Assembly: GCF_006345805.1 (NCBI RefSeq)
Contig: NC_042998.1
Span: forward strand, 43,524,001 to 43,588,000
DNA length: 64,000 nucleotides
Direction: 5' to 3'
DNA from: Octopus sinensis
Lineage: Eukaryota
Both the position numbers and the translations under genes were made by a program. A model generated the notes under the pieces. That model saw only the letters and a list, made by a program, of their open reading frames with translations, searched no databases and was not told where the DNA came from. This document shows positions 13,512 through 26,745 of the stretch, piece after piece. How positions within the stretch are numbered: the stretch's first letter is position 1; every line of letters starts with the position of its first letter.

Positions 13512-13871
13512 ATATATATGTATGTATAAATTGGTTTAGGAAGAGATAAAATTTAGATAATCATCCATAGGTATGATTTACATCAACGCAATAAATTCAG
13601 TAAGACAAGGAAGTTATCAATATATTATCTAGAACAGAAATAAGAAGCACGTGAGGTACAAATATACGTAAAAAAGACAAATAAATGAAGAGTGATAAAT
13701 CGATTAAAAAATCATTTTGAATTTAAAATTTAAAATGTTGAATTGAGAATTAAAAGTTAGAAGATACATGAACAGCAGTGATAGATCTTGACAATAGATT
13801 TAAAATTCAGAGAAATAATATGGATAAATTTGTTTTAAGAGTTCTAAAGAAATGCTTATAGAGGGTTATAC

Positions 13872-13936
<65 letters not shown>

Positions 13937-14102
13937 CGTGAAACTCTGAGTAACAGTTTTGTGATATTTTGCAGTTTTATAATAAAGTATATTACTTTGT
14001 CTCCGGTATTCGACTGCTGTTTTTTCCACTATGTGCTTACTCTGGTGTATATATGTATATGTATGTATGTATATATATATATGCATATATATATATATAT
14101 AT

Positions 14103-14137
<35 letters not shown>

Positions 14138-14210
14138 GTGGAGAGAAATAGAGAGGGAGAGCAAGAAAGATGCGTATCTCTCTCTATATATGTGTATGTA
14201 TATGTATATA

Positions 14211-14246
<36 letters not shown>

Positions 14247-14257
14247 AAACTTACTTG

Positions 14258-14332
14258 GAAGAAGAAGAAGAAGAAGAAGAAGAAGAAGAAGAAGAAGAAG
14301 AAGAAGAAGAAGAAGAAGAAGAAGAAGAAGAA
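14258..14332. repeat. (GAA)n microsatellite
   Basis: About 25 perfect GAA units. Confidence 0.97.
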
Positions 14333-14478
14333 AAAGAAAACGACGCGTGCGTTCAATCATATAATAACAATTTAATAAATAAAACATATGCATACATACA
14401 TATATGTACATACCTACATGTATATATACATGCATATATGAGTACAGGACACCACAAATAAACGTACATATAAAGTCA

Positions 14479-14521
<43 letters not shown>

Positions 14522-14734
14522 CATATACATATACAATCATATACATATATATGTATGTGTATGTATATACAAATATTGTATCTATGCATCTATATTTATA
14601 TTTATATATGTATACACTAATATACATACATATTACATATACGCAACCAGAGATATATCGATATAGCTTTTTACCTATAATGTATTTCTTTCTTTCCCCC
14701 ACTCTTTATGCATACATACATAAATGCATGCATG

Positions 14735-14852
14735 CATACATACATACATACATACATACATACATACATACATACATACAAACATACATACATACATACA
14801 TACATACATACATACATACATACATACATACATACATACATACATACATACA

Positions 14853-14881
<29 letters not shown>
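14735..14881. repeat. (ACAT)n microsatellite
   Basis: Near-perfect tetranucleotide array. Confidence 0.97.
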
Positions 14882-14883
<2 letters not shown>

Positions 14884-15670
14884 GGGACTTTAAATCTGGG
14901 GAATATCATACCAGCACTCTGATAAAATCCAGACTTAGCTTACCACATCGAATGATAAAAATTATCTAAAATCCGTTTAGCGTAAATAATTAAAATCGTA
15001 CTCTCTTCCATTGGTAAGTTCTGAGTTCACTTCAGCAGATCTCATGGAGAATACAGAGTATATTATAAAGATTATGATGATGAAGAATGGAAACTTATAT
15101 TTACTTAAAATTTATTTAAAATTTAAGACTTTAAAATTTATTTCATAAAAAGCAGTTTCCTCATATTACATTCCAATACGTGTCTTATGGTCCTTTGATA
15201 TAATATTTTGGGAATTTCACTATTACGTTTATATGTGTGTGTGTTATATATGCATATATATATATATATACATGCACATAAGCATATATATATATGTATA
15301 TATATATATATACACATATATAATATATATATATATATATATACATATATACATACACACATATATACGCACGCGCGCACAAACACACACAAAACATAAT
15401 TTCATTTTTAAACGTCAAGAGAACTTCATCAAGGTATGTTGCAATGTAATACAAGAAATGAAAAGCACTTTCTACTCGTAGCTTTTGTTGCCAATCCGAA
15501 GGACTTGGAGATCGGCTGCTTATGTTAAATACAATAGTTCTTCGCGCTTTATGTCATTGATGGCCCAAAGAAATAGGAACGATTTCGTCCGGCGTGTCTA
15601 GCACATCATCAACGAAAACACCATCAGATGATCATCGTCGAGCACATCGAGGTGACATAGTTCACTCTCT

Positions 15671-16180
15671 GATATGTGGTGTGCAAGGACATCAAGTGTT
15701 GCTTTAGGGGATGAGGAAACCGCTACCTATGTCGTCGGTGAATGGAATTGATCTCTAGTTCTACGGTTCTAAATATTCATTGAGGCTGTTGTCTTGTCTT
15801 GGAGTCTTGAGACAGCATTCACCCGGGGTGGGTTGAGCTGGCTTCATTCAGCCTCAATGCTGCATCTCTCACAAACGCCGACCAGGCCTGGCGATTTGAG
15901 GCTAACGACCGCGTGATCTCCAACCACTTCTTATTCCAGCGGCGAATGCTGTAGACATGGGGGCCTAGGTTGGGTTGCAGATCAGCCTTGACTGCCATCA
16001 GGCAGGCTTTTCGTTGTCCACCACATCGCATTCTCCAACCCTGAAGGGGAGCTGGGGCAATTGCTTCGTAGATGAATTCTCCTGGTTGAGGCTGTTGCTG
16101 TGGACGTGAGCAGTATGGGTTACGAACAGTGCCCGATTCTGTCTTGCCGCCGCTTGGTGTTGTATGTAGTTTTGTTTAAT
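15671..16180 (+). repeat. Unclassified repeat, copy 1 (interrupted by an RTE insertion)
   Basis: 15671-15791 plus 16098-16180 match the reverse complement of 17187-17390. Confidence 0.8.
15792..16085 (-). mobile_element. 5'-truncated RTE-clade LINE 3' end with 11-12-bp TSD
   Basis: Encodes PGEFIYEAIAPAPLQGWRMRCGGQRKACLMAVKADL...NRQAWSAFVRDA...HPG*; CAAGA-type tail; TSD (T)TGAGGCTGTTG at 15780-15791 and 16086-16097. Confidence 0.8.
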
Positions 16181-16889
16181 GGTCAGTTTCGTAGCTGATT
16201 CTACACAATAAATGTATGTAACGCTTTACTGGGAGTATGACCTTTTTCGCTGTTTGGTATCTTTGATTTCCTTTGTGTACTGTTTTGTTCTCTGTTGTCT
16301 CGCATACTCTGTATACGATCTCGTTAGAATACACTCAGATATCAAAACAACGGCAACACGTACATTTATACAGACTTGTATTTATAATGAGAAGCATTCA
16401 ATTACACATATTGTAAGACACAAAGCAAAATATTTCATTTATACGAATGCGATCACATTTCCCACTCACTCCTCCGACCTTTCATATTCAGTTTCACCAG
16501 CTCAGTGTATTAATGAAGTCCCGTGCGAAGCTATTATCAATATACAAATTGTAAGTTAAGTAAGTAAGAATATATCGATTGTCTTTTCTTTGACAGAATC
16601 TACAATCAGGTCAGCGTTAAATAAAATTTTGAAAATTGTGATTATAATTATGTATGATTGTATCCGTGCTCCTCCCTTTAATTAAACCTGACTGTTCCCA
16701 GCAGTACGTTCTGTACTTCAGTTTAACGCAGAGTGTTTTGCATTGCGAACGTGGAGATTCATAAACAATGAAAAGCAAATAGGATTCAACGTGGTGTCTC
16801 ATTTGTTGATGCTGAAATGTAATCACTGCTATATTTATTCCATAAGTCTCTCCACTCCTATGTTTCCATGTTTGGTATTTATATCTAAA

Positions 16890-17090
16890 TACATAGTGAG
16901 TCTCTTTGTAGTAGCTCGGTCGAGGAGAAATAGTAGCTAAATCCTCCTCAGATCAAACCTTTCGGAAAAAAGTGAATACATTAGGCAATGTAGGCTGAAA
17001 AAAAAGACGAGAGAATAATGGCTGGAACTCTTTTGAGCAATGGTCTGCTGTTCAAAGTTGCACTGAGGTCAAGCCACAACAATCTACAAA
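16890..17090 (-). repeat. Old interspersed repeat (family D)
   Basis: AGAAATAGTAGCTAAATCCTCCTC is the reverse complement of the family D motif at about 10890. Confidence 0.45.
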
Positions 17091-17186
17091 GTCACTCTGA
17101 AAACCATATATTGATATTTTCGCCTGCTACTTTTGAGTGCCACCTTTCGTTTAGATTCTGCTATTTTCTTATATTGTTGTTAAACA

Positions 17187-17390
17187 ATTAAACAAAACTA
17201 CATACAACACCAAGCGGTGGCAAGGCAGAATCGGATGCTCTTCGTAACCCATACTGCTCACGTCCACAGCAACAGCCTCGATGAATTTTTAGAACCGTAG
17301 AACTAGAGATCAATTCCTTTCAGTGACGACATAGGTTGCGGTTTCCTCAACCCATAAAACGATACCTGATGTCCTTGCACACCACATATC
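17187..17390 (-). repeat. Unclassified repeat, copy 2 (no RTE insertion)
   Basis: Inverted homolog of 15671-16180 with a single copy of the target CAACAGCCTCG at 17270-17280. Confidence 0.8.
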
Positions 17391-17960
17391 ACGGGCTGTG
17401 CACGTGACCAATTCGGAGGTGAACGAAGAGATGCGGCGCGCGGAGGCGTGAAGGCAGGAAAAGCTGGGCCAGAAAAGAGAGAGGTGGCGGACGTAATCGC
17501 TGCTGCGAACGCCCTATCTCGAGAACGGGTGCAATTTACTTGTTGAGGCGGGCCAGCGCAACGAGAGACGGTGCAAAACTGGGGCGAGGCGGCGTCTTTC
17601 TTTTTGGAGATAAGTCGCCTGCAGCCGCACCCTTTCGTACCGGCGACGCAGCTTGTATTGCGCGTTTACGCGACCGGCGCTCTTCTCTCCGCCGGAACTG
17701 CTCCTTCGGCACTGCCGACAGAAGAACGCTAGTTCGAGCGGGTTGCTAGCAACAACAATCCATCACATCATTACCCCTTTCCAAAAGTGTATTAATATAG
17801 GCGTTCCCGTGCGAGGCTTAACAACAGGATTCTTACATGGAAAAGAACTTAAAAAGAGAACTAGACGCCTGGCATATACTAAGCTCCTAACTCCCAAACC
17901 TCGGGATTACCTAGCAAGAGCGGGAGGTAACATATCCTTTGGTATGCACCACCCTTCTGG
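17391..17960. other. GC/CpG-rich segment continuous with repeat copy 2, probably retroelement-derived
   Basis: Visibly GC- and CpG-rich against the AT-rich background; no protein family recognised. Confidence 0.4.
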
Positions 17961-18149
17961 TTAAACGTTAACGGATTACCAACACAATTTTTTTAGTATT
18001 ATTAAATCTACTTTTCCTCCCAGACCTGTTTTAATCTATTCACTATTTAACTAATAAACCCCAAACCATCCTCATTAGAAGAGGAATATTCCAGGGAGAC
18101 GCTCTCTTTATTTCTTTTTTTCTTGGTATTGACACCTTTATCTGACATG

Positions 18150-18500
18150 CTCAACAGAACTAGATGCGGATACAACTAAACAATCTGATTGTTACAGCAA
18201 AACAATCGGCCCTCTCTTATTTATGGATGATCTAAAAACTGTACGCTATAAGTGATAAACAGCTGGAAACATTACTACTGACAGTACATGGATTTACCAG
18301 AGAAATAAACGTGAAATCTGGCTTAGAAAAATGTGCCGAAGCAACCTTGAAAAGAGGAAAACTAGTTAAGAGTTGCAAAATCACACCAGATAAGAGAATT
18401 AGACCAAAACCAGACATAAATACTTAGGAATCAATGAACTCGATACGATACAACGCCAACAAATGAAAGAGAAGATAAAAAAGGAATACTATAGATAAAA
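18150..18500 (+). mobile_element. R4/Dong-like reverse transcriptase fragment
   Basis: LLFMDDLK, GLEKCAEATLKRGKLV, KYLGINELD, KEKIKKEYYR; frameshifted. Confidence 0.8.
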
Positions 18501-18670
18501 TAAGCACCGTAGGGCTACAGAAAAACCTACTTCAGAAGCAAGGAAAACTAATACAAATAGCGACTGGGCTTGACTGGGCTTCGTATATTTTACCCCAGTG
18601 TCACTTCAAATAGCATGCACTGCCCTCTCAATAATAATTTCTTTATTGATCACAAAAGGCATTATAATAA

Positions 18671-19045
18671 TACCAAAAGCACTCAGAGAGCGCAAACCTC
18701 TGCCAAAGCAACGTCCTCTCAACAATTAGCCAGAGATGATTTTTAAAATGAGAATATCTGAAATAAACTCGACTGCTCTCACAAACGAGAATACTGAAAA
18801 TGAACCCGACCGCTCTCAAAACTTAAGTAAAAATTAAAAAAAACAGGGAAAATAATCCAGAAACATTGTCCGGTACCGGATAGATCCGATCCCAAAATCT
18901 AATCAGTTCGTGCCAGTCACAAGGCCAAATATCCCTGAAAGTTTCATCCGAATCCATCCAATGGTTCTTGAGATATCTTGTCTACGGACAAACAAACAAA
19001 CACGACTGAAAACAACACCTCCACCTTAGCGAAGGCGGAGGTAAT
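18671..19045 (+). mobile_element. Helentron-type non-autonomous element (HINE-like)
   Basis: 5' subterminal ACCTCTGCC (about 18696) pairs with 3' GGCGGAGGT (19034-19042); 3' hairpin ACCTCCACCTT-AGCG-AAGGCGGAGGT; internal (CAAA)n. Confidence 0.6.
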
Positions 19046-19840
19046 AATAGAGTTTTTTTTTCTTTTTTAGTAAAAGGCAAAAGATTTATCCGCTCGGGGT
19101 GACGATTAATAGTAATCATAGGAAGAGTAAGTATTAAAACATAAGAGAAAACGCGGGTATTTATCCTAAGCACTACAAGAAGACTTATACATACACCTTA
19201 GTAACACAAATATCGATAATACGGAAATTATTTCGGGAAGTAATAATATCGAGAGGAGTGAATGGGAAATGAGCAATTATTATAATGCCATTATGAACTC
19301 CACCAGACATAGAAATGATGATGAAAGTAATGTTAAATTAAATAACAATCAATATAGGGAACTGGTGGTACTGACTAATCTAGACTGTAACGGTAGATAT
19401 ATGAGATCTGACAATACAGTTACAGCAACATAATAAACAATAGAATTCACTCGCACCGCACTAGAAATTTTTTAATAGCTTGCCGGAATCTCAATAACGA
19501 CACTACAAATAAATACTGCAGAAGCCGTCTTATAGGAAGAATTGCAACCTTGGGACACCTCTTAATTGCCTCTTGAATAGCAATTGCTGTAGATCAATAA
19601 CATAGTTTATAAATGCCTCGTGCTTGAACAACAGAACTCCATTAAAAATATATATAGGTGCATTGGTTAACTTTAAGCGTCAATTTTTTGCTCATCTTAG
19701 CACATTTACTTCGGCCAAGCGCAATAATTCTATCTCACTACGTAACCCACATACACAAAGTAAAAAATGATATTGCCCCATGTAGTATTACATAGTCTAT
19801 CAATCATTACTGCAAAGATTTGTCATACATGCATAGATAA

Positions 19841-19871
<31 letters not shown>

Positions 19872-19921
19872 AATATATATGTGCACATATATATACACAG
19901 ACACAGACACAGACACAGACA

Positions 19922-19960
<39 letters not shown>

Positions 19961-19974
19961 ACACACACACACAG

Positions 19975-21123
19975 AGGCAAATTTGTTGTTGAAAATGCAC
20001 CTAAGTTTGAAAAACTTGTAATTGTTTTGAATAAATTTATTTACATTTCAACAATATTTTTTGTTTATAATTGTAAAAATTTAAAATCATGAATTAGAAA
20101 GACATGTGCAGAAATTTCGATGTTGACAAGTTTAAATGTTCATAAAAGTCACTAATATTAAAACTGTGCATCAATTTGTTTAAATGTACAAAGCTCATTA
20201 ATGTTAGTAGTGATCGACAAGAAATGAATATCATCAAAGTTTCAGTCATACTGAGTTAATAGGGGAAAAGAAGGAGGAAATGAAGATAGTAAAAAAAGGG
20301 ATTTGGTTCACAGTTTCTCTGATCCTCTTTCACTCGTGTGTAGGAACTTTCACTTGTAGCGGTGTGTTTTGGAACCCGGTGTATTTATAATGTTTTTTCC
20401 ACAAGCGGATCTGATTTTTGATTCGTTAAAGTACTGGTGGCGTCTTGATCCTTGGTCTATTGTGGGTTCTCCGTTGCGGTCGGCTCTGAGTGGGGTTGTC
20501 GTAATGCTCATATCCTGTTTGGACGAGGTGGTTATTGTGGAAGAAATGTCTCGAATGGGGGAAGTTCTTACTTCTTCTTTGGTCCTCTTCAAAGTTTTCT
20601 ATATGTGAGATATATCTCAGACGTGGGGAGTTCTTATTTCTCTTATAGTGACGTCTGAGACGTGGAGAGATCTTGGGGTGAGATAGGTTTCTGTATCTTT
20701 GAGTGAGGGTGTTTTGTCGTTTGGTGAAGGGTGCACTGGAATTTCCCATTTTGTGTCTTTGATGAGTATTTGGAACTCTGGAAAGGGTATTGGTTATTCT
20801 TGGTTCTGGATGGGCATTTTTGGATGAATTCTGGATGAATTTTTCCTCATAGTGATTGAACAAATCTTTTTTCCCATCTTTGAAGTGAGATTACTTCCTC
20901 GTTTTCACAGTTCTTTCTCCAGAGTTGAAGGGTATTATCAAAAAGTTTCCCTTGAGCTTTTTTCGTGGTGATATTCATTTCTTGTCGATCACTTCTAACA
21001 CTAATGAACTTTTTACATTTAAACAAATTGATGCACAGCTTTGATATTATTGACTGTTACGAACATTTAAACAATTACAAGTTTTTTAAAAATTTAGGTG
21101 CATTTTCAACAACAATTTTGCCT
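19975..21123. mobile_element. Foldback/MITE-like element with long TIRs around a ~700-bp coding-like insert
   Basis: 19975-20027 is inverted to 21069-21123, and 20161-20235 is inverted to 20968-21042. Confidence 0.7.
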
Positions 21124-21158
21124 ATATTTTTTCCTGCGTGGAAATGCCACCTCTTTTG

Positions 21159-21207
<49 letters not shown>

Positions 21208-21999
21208 CATTTCGGGACGGTCATTTTTTGCCAAATAAACACACGCACTATATATTTGTTCTTCACTCGTTTATTACTGTTCATATTCTAACTCATGTTC
21301 ATTATCCAGAAATCTTTCGTCACACATCTGCGTTCTCTTCAGTGACACTTTTCGTCTTCGTGTATGCTCTTGCTCCACTTATTTAATTCTGCTCTTCCAT
21401 GTTGTATATCGTTATGTGCGCATGCATTTGGGTCCGTGTTTGTGTGTATGTGTGCATGTATGTGTGCGTACGTGTGTGCTTATGTGTGTGTCATTGATCT
21501 TAGTAGCAGTATGACCTTCCTCTCACCCCGTTGTCACCGTTGCTGTCCTAGGACATGAAAATTTGGTACAGTTCCTGTTTCTCTCTGTGTTCGTGTGTTC
21601 ACCTACACATCTGTCATCGTTGTCACCGCCGCTGCTGCTGTCGTTGTTAGTCACATTGTTGATACTGTCGCAGCCGTCTGTGAAGTTACTGTGTGTGTGT
21701 TTGTGTATGTATATTGATTCACTTATGTTGTTTGTATCCATGCCCTTTATATGGATTTATTAATTCATTCATTATCTATGTCTATTTCTTATATTTATGT
21801 TACAAATATATTCATTTATTTATTTTTTTATTTATATATCTCTATTTATCATTTGTACCACGGGTATGTGCATATATGTCTATTGTGCGTGTATTATCCT
21901 GTTTGTATCTGTGTTTTAATTTATTATTATTATTATTTATTTTTTCGTCTCTCTTCTCCTCCCTTCTCTCTTTAGTCATGTGGTGTAGTGTGGTGGTGG

Positions 22000-22587
22000 G
22001 TGTGATTGTTCCATTCGTATTTTCTTTTGAGCCTCTGTGATCTGTCTAAGTGTCGTGTCAGTTCTATGCGTCAATAATATTTAAACCTCTTTGCTATTAA
22101 TCGAACCTCCATGCTCTGCCTTAACATGTTGGCAGAGCACTAACGAGCCTTTCTCTTCTTTGAGTTCTCGTCAGTATTCACCTATACGCTCCCCTATGCT
22201 GCGTGCAGACTCTTCAATGTTGCCATGTTTCTGCACCGGCCCTCAGTACATCGTAAGCTATTCACTAAATTCCTAACCTTACAGTTAACCTGTGTGTTCG
22301 CTCTATATACAACACAATTGTTCTCCGTACATGGGGACTTAAGAAAAGTTCTACAGATCGGGGATTTTATAGGGGCACCAGGCCTTTCTACAACTTTAAT
22401 CGGTAGATTAACCTTACTTAATGTTTTTGTAAAAAGATATGCTAGTTCGCCGCCAGGGTTAGCTTCGACGAACATGACGCCCTGGAATGTTTTTTTTTTT
22501 GTTATACCAAGAGTTGGCCTTATCTATTTTATTTCTGTTTTTTTCTGTGCTGTTCCAGGATTTACTCCTGAACGGCGGGCAGATCCC

Positions 22588-22590
<3 letters not shown>
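22000..22590 (-). mobile_element. Penelope-like element, linker and GIY-YIG endonuclease fragment
   Basis: MFVEANPGGELA...IKVVERPGAPIKS...C..NC.V, then decayed IGE, HVKAEH and LRQITEA motifs typical of PLE C-termini. Confidence 0.7.
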
Positions 22591-22661
<71 letters not shown>

Positions 22662-22810
22662 GTGTGTGTGTGTGCGTGTGTGCGCACATTTAATGTATTG
22701 AAGTGGCTTCGAAGTTTACACATTTGTTAGACTTTTAAAGTTGCAAAATGTACTCTGCTTTACTGTTTATATAATTTAGTTTTTATATGAGTAAAAAAAA
22801 AAAAATAATA

Positions 22811-23063
22811 TAAATGCACCCCTTTTTTTAAAGCCTAGCCAGGTTCATGGGCCCGGTTTCCCGGTTTCTATGGCATATGTGTTCCCCAGTTGGTCGGGAC
22901 GCCAGTCCATTGCAGCATTAATTATTTCTGCCAGCTGAGTAGACTGGAGCAACGTGAAATGAAGTGTTTTGGTCAAGAACACAACGCGTCGCCCGGTCCA
23001 GGAATCGAAGCCAAAATCTTACGATCATGGTGCTGACACCCTAACCACTAAGCCACGCGCCTC
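22811..23063 (-). mobile_element. tRNA-derived SINE family C/E
   Basis: Reverse-complement head GCGTGGCTTAGTGGTTAGGGTG...TTCGATTCC; tail matches 37790-37895. Confidence 0.85.
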
Positions 23064-23697
23064 TCCTTTCCTTTTTTCTTTTGAGTAGTCGGATTTAATA
23101 TATGATGTTAGGAGATCGTTCTGATATTGAAATAGAAGTATGGCTATTAAGAAAGGTTGACAATTACTTCAGTATGTAAAACTACGTTTATAATTAAAAC
23201 TCCTCTCATTCCCAACCACTAACATTTCCTTCCCATCCCTTCATCTCCTTCTTTTTCACCGCTACGTTTTTCATTCATTATTTATCTCCATATTTTTTGT
23301 TTGATGTTATAATTACCAATATTCCTTATCGTCTCTAACATTCTATTTCATTACTAGAATGGCCTGCAACTGCGTCGTACAAACGCACATAGAAAGGACC
23401 TACTATTAAAAGTCGTACAAGCAGAGAAAATTTTGCAGCCTAGAGTGGACGAAAACTGGCGAAACTTTGACGAAACTTACTAAAAATATCTGACTCTAAA
23501 TTTGTAGTGAATCCATTCTTCAGTTAATCATCGCAGATTCTAAATTTCAATTAGCTTCTTTTCTTTCTCACTTCCTCTGCCTCCCTTTATACATGCATAC
23601 ATACATACATACATACATACATACATAATATACATACTACAACATACATACATACATACAGACGGACAGACAGACATATAAATATACATACATATAT

Positions 23698-23741
<44 letters not shown>

Positions 23742-23802
23742 TATATATATATATATATATTTGTATAGTATGTAATAAATACACACACACACACACCATA
23801 TA

Positions 23803-23846
<44 letters not shown>

Positions 23847-24169
23847 TACGGAGATGTACTTGCATAGCAAGCGTCCTGATCTGAGATCGTGTGCTGAAAC
23901 AAAAACAATTGCAGCGTGGAAGGTGTTTATGAGCCATTTAAAAACACACAAAAACCGTTAGATTCACTTCAGCATTTAAATTTAGTTTGCCAAAATATTT
24001 TCATCGCTTTGAGACCGCGACCTGATCACTGACAAAATTCCGTGCGTGCACGTGCGCGTGTGTGTATTTAAATACACACATATTCTTACATACTCCATAC
24101 ATGTTAAAACCTGCAAGATCCGAACATCAACTGGGAACTTCCACAGAAACAGCAGCAAAAATCTTTTAC

Positions 24170-24567
24170 CTGTTACTTGTTTCATTCATTTCACTGCATC
24201 TGTGCTGGGGCAGTGCCTTTAGAAATTTTAAGTCGAATGAATCGAGCCCAGTACCTTTTTTTTCTTAAGCCCGATACTTATTTTATCGGCCTCTTTTGCC
24301 GAACCGCTAAGTTATGACGACGTAACTCACCAACACCATTTGTCAAGTGTTGGTGGGGGACAAATATAGACACAAAGATACGCACACGCGCGCGCGCACA
24401 TACGACCGGTTTCTTTCAGTTTCTATCTACCAAATTCAGTCACAAATCGTTGGTCGGCCTGAAGCTATAGACGAAGACAGTTGCCCAAAATGTCCCGCAG
24501 TGGGACTGAACCTGGAATCATGTGATTGGAAAACAAGCTTCTTACCACACAGCCATGCTTGCGCTTG
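24170..24567 (-). mobile_element. SINE family B
   Basis: Reverse complement of the family B head and body. Confidence 0.85.
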
Positions 24568-25077
24568 TGTAAAGTTACTGTTGAAAAGCGAAAAGAACAA
24601 TATCCTGCATGCAGGCAGTGAACTCCTCGGGAAGAACTCTGTTTCTGATGATCTCCCATAAAACTCCAAAACAGTCGGGCTAATATACCTCTAAGAAAAC
24701 CTGTATGGGAAACGTGTACCAGAAATTTCTATGCAGGAGTATATTTCCTGAAGATGAGAGGAAAATAGTGAACGCTGGGAGAAATCTTCTCTTTGGAAAG
24801 AGAAAGAATAGAAGAGAAAAATAAGGCGTCCAGTCTTTGGAACGTCCGTGCAGGAAAAGAAAGATCGTCACGTGAGGAAAGGAAAGATGGACGATGGTCA
24901 CGTGAGAGCAACGGGAGAAAGAGAAAAGAGATTGAAGGAGAGAGAGAAACTGATAAAAACGGTGAAAGAGGGAGGGAACAAAAAGGTAATTAGAGAAGGA
25001 TGGAGGTAGAAAATAGTACAAAGGTGAAGATAAACTTATTTGGAAATGGCGTTCAATTAAATAGTAATAATACAAAA

Positions 25078-25290
25078 TAGGGCGGTGAGCGGGGGAAATG
25101 CTAAGTGGTATTTCGTCTGTCGTTACTTTCTGAGTTCAAATTCGACCGAGGTCGAATTTGCCCTTCATCTTTTCAGGGTCGGTTAAATAAATACCAGCTA
25201 CTCACTGGGATCGATGTAGTCGACTTAATCCCTTAGTCTGTCCTTGTTTGTCCCCTCTATGTTTAGCCCCTGTGGGCAATGAATATATAA
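25078..25290 (+). mobile_element. SINE family A (head, core, tail-1)
   Basis: GAGTTCAAATTCGACCGAGGTCGAATTTGCC core; TTTAGCCCCTGTGGGC tail. Confidence 0.85.
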
Positions 25291-25353
25291 ATAAATGATA
25301 TGTATATATGTATACATATATATATATATATTTATATTATATATATAATATAA

Positions 25354-25384
<31 letters not shown>

Positions 25385-25849
25385 GTAGACGCCGACCAAG
25401 AATCATTACTGTTGCTCCCATTGGAACACAAGGTAAAATCTATAATGAACTCCTCGCCTTTTCAAGAACATGGATTTTTTATATTTGACTCTATTGAATG
25501 TATGTCACAATTATGAACTGTTCCATATACTCTTTAAGCATATAGCATGGACTCTCTTATTATATAAAAAAATTTTTTGATAAGTTTCGTTATTTCAAGA
25601 ACCGAAACATGTAAAATTAAAATTTATCTAATATAGCGGCATTTTCAAACTTCATTTTTACAAATATATATATATATAATATATAATATATATATATATG
25701 TGAAATAGAAGATGAATAATCTTGTAGTAGATTAATCAAAAGTTTAACCGATACCTTAGTAGCAAAAATCACAGCAGTGAACAGCACGGTTGGAGGTACA
25801 ACCATCTGGCGTTGCAACGTGCGTTGGTGCGGATAATTGAAATTAAAAC

Positions 25850-25993
25850 ATTATTGGTGAATGAAGAAATGGAGTGAAGCAGATTGAACAGAAATGTTTA
25901 TTTCATTCTACACGTGTTTCGAAACACGTGTAGAATGAAATAAAACGATTTCGTTCAATCTGCGTCAGCTCCATTTCTTCAATTCACAATAAT
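25850..25993. repeat. Spacer-less palindrome of about 72+72 bp
   Basis: Perfect 24-bp arms at 25897-25920 and 25921-25944 centred on TTCGAA; outer arms differ mainly by 1-nt indels. Confidence 0.9.
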
Positions 25994-26131
25994 ATATATA
26001 TATATTAATATTATTATATATATATATATGCATATATGGGTACAGGACGTCACAACTGTGAACGACATGAATACAAAGACAAACGAGTTATAGTGTATGT
26101 GTATATGTATGTTATGTATGTATGGATATAT

Positions 26132-26205
<74 letters not shown>

Positions 26206-26745
26206 GCACGCACACGTGACGTTTGTCTTCAATAGTCACCCTTTACAAAACTCGGTATTTCTGCTGCACTATCTTTAAGATAATGTGCACGCAGTTGTGC
26301 GTGGGAGTGCGGGTATGTGTATATCTGTGTGTGCGCGAGAGAGAGAAAGAAAGAGAGAGTGAGAGAGAGCGAGAGAGATTACAAATAACGTGAGTGGCTT
26401 GACTTTTAACCATCGATTAAATCAACTGTACTTATTTTATCGTTCCAATGAGGAGGAAGACAAAATTGATCCCCATGGATGTCAGAATGTAGTGAAATGG
26501 AACAAAATCCCATGTTAACAGTCCTTGATATTGATTTTTCAATATGAGCACAAGGTTAAACACTTTTGGGAGGAGTATTGACGATCATATTGATTTTTAC
26601 TTTACGGGTATTTATCGTATCGACATTGGATGGATGAAAAGCAAAATCGATCCCTATGAAATTGAACTCAGAACGTAAAGAGACATATCTAAACACGGCA
26701 TGGCATTTTGTCTACAGGTTTATCGATTGTGTTTATTCATTTGTA

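Noticed and set aside
25575-25612. Penelope-type minimal hammerhead (TTGATAAG...CCGAAAC)
   Set aside because: The core deviates from CUGANGA and the stems are not convincing
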